A stretch of DNA of 63,080 nucleotides, the filler included. It is 4 parts of 4 records of this genome, joined end to end, with 100 filler letters (N's around TTAATTAATTAA, not from the genome) between each part and the next. Parts side by side here need not be neighbours in the genome. Positions count along the whole stretch, not along the records: positions 56,513 to 63,080 come from SRR31156797_1532; 3 more parts are not named here. One strand, written 5' to 3'. The notes below the pieces were generated by a model. That model saw only the letters and a program-made list of their open reading frames with translations. It ran no database searches and was not told where the DNA came from. Position numbers and translations under genes: made by a program. Shown piece after piece: positions 58,120 to 63,080 of this stretch (within the stretch, counting starts at the first letter, position 1; every line of letters begins with the position of its first letter).

Positions 58120-59711
58120 TTAAACTCTTTCTTGATATTTTCCGGTATCCCGGCGCTTCCCCTTAGCTCTAACCCGAAAAGTCCGCAGTGCATGGCCTCC
58201 AGGAACTCTGCCCGAACCATCTGGCCATTCAAAAGAATGGGCCGTTGCCCCTTCCATCGCTCATTAAGAAAGGCGCGAATATGGTCCAATCCCTTCTCGG
58301 AGGTCAGTTCCCCTTTCTCCAGCATGTGGGCGTCGGTACGGATACTGCAAAAAGTCCCCTGACAGGAACCTTTCCCCAGTCGACTTCTAAGGGCCACCGC
58401 CTCAAAGTTCGGCAACCCTCCCTGCTGGCGAATGGAGGCCGTGATGCCGTCCACAACACTCCCGGGTACCATTTCGCACTCACAAAGGAGGGCATCTTTG
58501 GAATCGCCCCTTTTCATATACATCTTCGGGGCACGCCCCGGGTAGGACCAACCGCTGCTTTCGGTTTTGGGCAAGGGGAGGATACGGGTCCGGCAGGGAA
58601 CGGAAACCCCCAGTTTTTTGCAGACCAGATCGGCGGTCTTCTCCGCCATTAACCGATAAGTGGTAAGCTTTCCGCCGGTGATGGTGACAAAATTTTTTAC
58701 CCCGTCACGGCTGTGGTCAAAGATATTGAATCCCCGGCTGACGGACCGATCATCTCCGGTGGTTTCCATCTGTACCAGAGGGCGTACACCGGCGTACGCC
58801 CTGATATAACGAGCCTCCTCCAGAATAGGGACCATGGCGGCCCCTTCCTCGATAATATGGTCCACCTCTTCCACCGTGGGACCGATATTCTCCAGGGAAG
58901 GAACCCTTAACGAGGTGGTCCCAAGGATGGAAACCGTACCACCGGGCGCCAGGATGTCGGCATCAGACGGCGGCCGGAGCCGGCTGATGACCCGATCCGT
59001 CACCCTGTGGGAGGTCACCAGCAGGGTCCCCTTGGAATAAAGGATACGAACCGAAATCCCCGCAAGGGCGGCAATCTCACCGGCCCACGCGCCGGAGGCG
59101 TTTACCACCAGATCGGCGATCACCGTTTTTTCTCCGCCCATGTGTTTGCTGAAAAGGTGAACGGTCCGGATACGACCTCCCTTTATCCCGAAACCCGTTA
59201 CCGGCGTGTAGGGCAAAAAAGAGGAACCCAAGCTCTGGGCGTGGGCCATATTTTCCAGAGACAGCCGAAATGGATCGATGGACGCATCCTCCACGGCATA
59301 GGCTGCAATGGTCTTCTGAGAGAGGGTCGGCTCCATTTCCCGGGCTTCATGGGGGGAGATTTCATGAACGGGAAGCCCCGCTTTTAGGCAATATGAAGGG
59401 AAATCAGCAATATAGTTTTCATCATCCCCCTGGACCGCAACAAAAAGCCCGCCCGTGTCTTCTATGCATTGGGGGGCCAGACGTTTCAGTATAACGCTTT
59501 CTTCCCTGCATTCCTTGGCCGAAGCCGTATCATTGGACACATAACGGGCGCCACTGTGCAGATAACCATGGTTGGCGCCTGATGCTCCGGCATTGATATC
59601 CATGCTTTCAGCCAGGATACAGCCGACACCCCGCAACGCCAGGTCCCGTGCCAGACCGGTTCCCGTGGCGCCGCCGCCGATGATCAAAACTTCGGTCTTT
59701 AGGGGAAGCAT
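58107..59711 (-). CDS. glpA: Anaerobic glycerol-3-phosphate dehydrogenase subunit A
   Basis: IIGGGATG..RDLALRG, NHGYLHSGARY, YAGVRPL, GGKLTTYRLMAE, C-terminal CECE...CQGTFC Fe-S domain. Confidence 0.92.
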   Translation of the reverse strand: MLPLKTEVLIIGGGATGTGLARDLALRGVGCILAESMDINAGASGANHGYLHSGARYVSNDTASAKECREESVILKRLAPQCIEDTGGLFVAVQGDDENYIADFPSYCLKAGLPVHEISPHEAREMEPTLSQKTIAAYAVEDASIDPFRLSLENMAHAQSLGSSFLPYTPVTGFGIKGGRIRTVHLFSKHMGGEKTVIADLVVNASGAWAGEIAALAGISVRILYSKGTLLVTSHRVTDRVISRLRPPSDADILAPGGTVSILGTTSLRVPSLENIGPTVEEVDHIIEEGAAMVPILEEARYIRAYAGVRPLVQMETTGDDRSVSRGFNIFDHSRDGVKNFVTITGGKLTTYRLMAEKTADLVCKKLGVSVPCRTRILPLPKTESSGWSYPGRAPKMYMKRGDSKDALLCECEMVPGSVVDGITASIRQQGGLPNFEAVALRSRLGKGSCQGTFCSIRTDAHMLEKGELTSEKGLDHIRAFLNERWKGQRPILLNGQMVRAEFLEAMHCGLFGLELRGSAGIPENIKKEFKCNT

Positions 59712-59716
59712 ATGGC

Positions 59717-60514
59717 TTAACTCTCAAAAGCGCCGGCTCTGTAGGCTTTCAAGTAGTCTCCGCAGAATTCGTCTTTCCCATTCAGAGTCTCCGCAACGGT
59801 GATGTTGGCCATCATCCGTTTGTCCAGGGGGTCGATGATGGCGCCATCCAGTCCTTTGGCAATGGCCATGGTCATGAAAGTCCTGTTCATCAATTTCCTT
59901 TCAGGAAGACCGTAGGAAATATTGGATAATCCGCATATGGTGTGAACCCCTTCAAAGGTTGTCATAATGCTTGAAACAGCGTTCAGGAACTCAATACCGA
60001 AGGTATCGTCCGTGGAAATGGGTTGAACCAGCGGATCCACGTAAATGTTATTCAGGGGAACATGATTTTGGACCAGCCCGTTAATCAACCGGTCCGCGAT
60101 TGCCATCCTGTCCTCTGTGGTTTTCGGCATGCCCTTATCGCTCATGCAAAGGGCGATCACCTTCAAATCGGTTCCGGCCACCAAGGGAAGAATATTCCGG
60201 TAACGTTCTTTTTCAAGGGATATGGAGTTAACCATGGCCGTCCCCTCATGGACCCCCAAGGCCCCTTCGAGAGCTTTGGGATCCGGACTGTCCAGGCAGC
60301 AGGGAAGGTCGACCTTTTTCTGAACCGTCTGAACCAGCCATTCCAGATACGCTTTTTCTTTTCCAACAAATATTCCAGCGTTTACATCAATATAATGGGC
60401 GCCGGCCTCTGCCTGATCGCCCGCAATTTTCTGAATAGCCTTTTCATCCTGGGCCTCAATGGCCTCGGCAATACGCTTTCGGCTGCAATTGATGAGTTCT
60501 CCCACTAAAATCAT
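59717..60514 (-). CDS. Methyltetrahydrofolate:corrinoid methyltransferase (AcsE/MT2-like pterin-binding)
   Basis: GELINCSR, DVNAG, LDSPDP, NSISLE, YVDPLV, GLSNISYGLPER, AIIDP. Confidence 0.88.
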   Translation of the reverse strand: MILVGELINCSRKRIAEAIEAQDEKAIQKIAGDQAEAGAHYIDVNAGIFVGKEKAYLEWLVQTVQKKVDLPCCLDSPDPKALEGALGVHEGTAMVNSISLEKERYRNILPLVAGTDLKVIALCMSDKGMPKTTEDRMAIADRLINGLVQNHVPLNNIYVDPLVQPISTDDTFGIEFLNAVSSIMTTFEGVHTICGLSNISYGLPERKLMNRTFMTMAIAKGLDGAIIDPLDKRMMANITVAETLNGKDEFCGDYLKAYRAGAFES

Positions 60515-60549
60515 GATAATGTTCGTCCTTTGAATTGCTGTTTGGTTTG

Positions 60550-60906
60550 TTACTTTTTAACGATGTTCATGGAAATATCCCCGGGTAGGGCCAGGTTCGC
60601 CGCAACATATACGGCTTTGCACGCCCCTGCCGGAACAACACAGGCCTCGCAGCAACCTTTTTTAACCAATATGGATCGCGCTGCCTCTAAAATGATGTTT
60701 TCCTCTGGACTAAGCGTTTGGTAAGCGTCTATGGGCATCATTTCATTTATGCGCTCCGCCAGTAGTAGCATTGTTTCGCACTGGGTTTGAAATTCCAGGC
60801 TAACAGTTACACCGTCATCGCTTATGGCGGATATCTGGACAGGAAAATTGCAGATCCCGGGATCAATTTCCACTTGGACTTTCATTTTAGAAACCTCTCT
60901 TGACAC
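60550..60906 (-). CDS. Small Cys-rich protein (DUF6951-like)
   Basis: DPGICNF, QC, CCEACVVPAG..KA..VAANLALP; start may be the second Met (MKVQV). Confidence 0.65.
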   Translation of the reverse strand: MSREVSKMKVQVEIDPGICNFPVQISAISDDGVTVSLEFQTQCETMLLLAERINEMMPIDAYQTLSPEENIILEAARSILVKKGCCEACVVPAGACKAVYVAANLALPGDISMNIVKK

Positions 60907-60915
60907 ATTCTCCGA

Positions 60916-61188
60916 TCATCCCCAGCGCGCAATAATGAACATATAGACAAGAGACAGCCCCAAACCGATCCATTGGGTTAAATCGGTAAACCCAAGCCAG
61001 GCAAGATTGATAAATGCGGCCCCCAGAATCCCGATAAAAAACCGGTCGCCCCGCGTGGTACGGATGGGCAGAAAGCCTTTTCGAGGAATGGTCGGGGATT
61101 TAATTTCCCAGACCGCCATTCCCACAAGGGATAAAATGATGACCGAAAAAAAGATCGCAACAGACGGGGTCCATACCATCCATTCCAT
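60916..61188 (-). CDS. DUF2160 small membrane protein (GlpU-like component of glycerol ABC systems)
   Basis: MEWMVWT...RKGFLPIRTTRGDRFFIG; start taken at the MEWM Met just after the permease stop. Confidence 0.8.
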   Translation of the reverse strand: MEWMVWTPSVAIFFSVIILSLVGMAVWEIKSPTIPRKGFLPIRTTRGDRFFIGILGAAFINLAWLGFTDLTQWIGLGLSLVYMFIIARWG

Positions 61189-61189
61189 A

Positions 61190-61987
61190 TCAAACCCTTC
61201 CCAATGCAAAACCTTTGGCAATATAGTTCCGGACGAACCATATGACGATGGCGCCCGGAACGATGGTCAAGACACCTGCGGCCGCAAGCATTCCCCATTG
61301 AATCCCATCCGCTGCCACGGTCCGGGTCATAACCGTTGCGATGGGTTTTGCCTGGGTCGATGTGAGGGTCCTGGCAAGGAGGAGTTCCACCCAGCTGAAC
61401 ATGAAACAGAAAAAAGCGGCAACCCCGATACCGGCCCGAATCTGGGGAATGAAAATGCGGATGAAAAAACGGGGGAAACCGTAGCCGTCCAGATAGGCGG
61501 TTTCGTCAAGCCCCCTGGGCACGCCCGACATAAACCCTTCCAGGATCCAAACGGAAAGGGGAATATTAAAGAGGGTGTGAGCAAACGCCACGGCCCAGGG
61601 TGTATCAAAGAGACCCACCGAGGAGTAGAGCTGAAAAAACGGCAGCAGAAAGACGGCTGCGGGACACATGCGGTTGGTCAGAAGCCAGAAAAAAAGGTGT
61701 TTATCGCCTGTAAACTCATAGCGGGAAAAAGCGTAGGCCGCAGGCAAGGCAACCGTCAGAGAGAGGACCGTATTGATCACCACATAGGTAATTGAGTTTA
61801 GATACCCCGTATACCAGGCGGGTGTCGTAAAGATCGTCCAATAATTCTGAACCGTAAAGTCCTTTGGAAATAGCGTGAAACTTCCCAGGATTTCCACGCT
61901 GGTCTTAAACGACATATTGACCAGCCAGTAGATGGGAAGCAGCAAGAGAACAAAATACACAATCAGGAGCATGGATCGCTTTTTCAT
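61190..61987 (-). CDS. Carbohydrate ABC transporter permease (GlpQ-like glycerol permease)
   Basis: LPIYWLVNMSFK, FFWLLTNRM, EAA-loop LDETAYLDG, YIAKGFALGRV. Confidence 0.88.
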   Translation of the reverse strand: MKKRSMLLIVYFVLLLLPIYWLVNMSFKTSVEILGSFTLFPKDFTVQNYWTIFTTPAWYTGYLNSITYVVINTVLSLTVALPAAYAFSRYEFTGDKHLFFWLLTNRMCPAAVFLLPFFQLYSSVGLFDTPWAVAFAHTLFNIPLSVWILEGFMSGVPRGLDETAYLDGYGFPRFFIRIFIPQIRAGIGVAAFFCFMFSWVELLLARTLTSTQAKPIATVMTRTVAADGIQWGMLAAAGVLTIVPGAIVIWFVRNYIAKGFALGRV

Positions 61988-62064
61988 GATTTCACCGCCA
62001 AATGCAACTGTTTACGTTTGTGGATTAAATATAGAGTCCAACCCGGGATTTCCAGGGGTTTTTG

Positions 62065-62096
62065 GCCCCGGTGTCAAGATGAGAAAACACCGGGGC
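62065..62096. other. Intergenic GC-rich stem-loop after the solute-binding protein gene
   Basis: GCCCCGGTGT-N12-ACACCGGGGC perfect 10-bp stem; no U tract on the minus strand. Confidence 0.5.
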
Positions 62097-62130
62097 TTGA
62101 TCCAAACGGATTATTACAACAAACCGTTAT

Positions 62131-63080
<950 letters not shown>

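Overview
The window is not one locus. It is four contigs joined by 100-nt artificial linkers (N44-TTAATTAATTAA-N44 at 12744-12843, 37570-37669 and 56413-56512). Contig 1 (1-12743) is GC-rich and resembles Desulfobacterales. It carries a minus-strand cluster of two pyrrolysine-free MttB-family methyltransferases, an Asp/Glu-racemase-like enzyme, a Liv-type ABC importer, a DddL/DddQ-like (DMSP-lyase-like) cupin and a chemoreceptor. A GlxA/GbdR-type AraC regulator converges on this cluster, which looks like an anaerobic catabolic island for a methylated onium compound. Contigs 2 (12844-37569) and 3 (37670-56412) are AT-rich and resemble Bacteroidota (Marinifilaceae-like). Contig 2 holds an archaeal-type gatE-gatD operon, a class D beta-lactamase, and gdhA divergent from a large GAF/receiver/PEP-synthase-like protein that lacks the pyruvate domain, plus envelope and redox genes. 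Contig 3 holds glycogen genes, queG, the suf operon (with short-period inverted tandem repeats at gene junctions), an ECF sigma/anti-sigma pair, aroAB, an 11-bp-phased TTCG/CGAA array and an orphan bacteriocin-like ORF. Contig 4 (56513-63080) is moderately GC-rich and Desulfobacterota-like. It carries glycerol-type ABC transporter genes, a Cys-rich small protein, a methyl-THF:corrinoid methyltransferase and glpAB. No rRNA, tRNA, CRISPR array or transposase was recognised. All family and taxonomy calls come from motif recognition by eye, not database searches.
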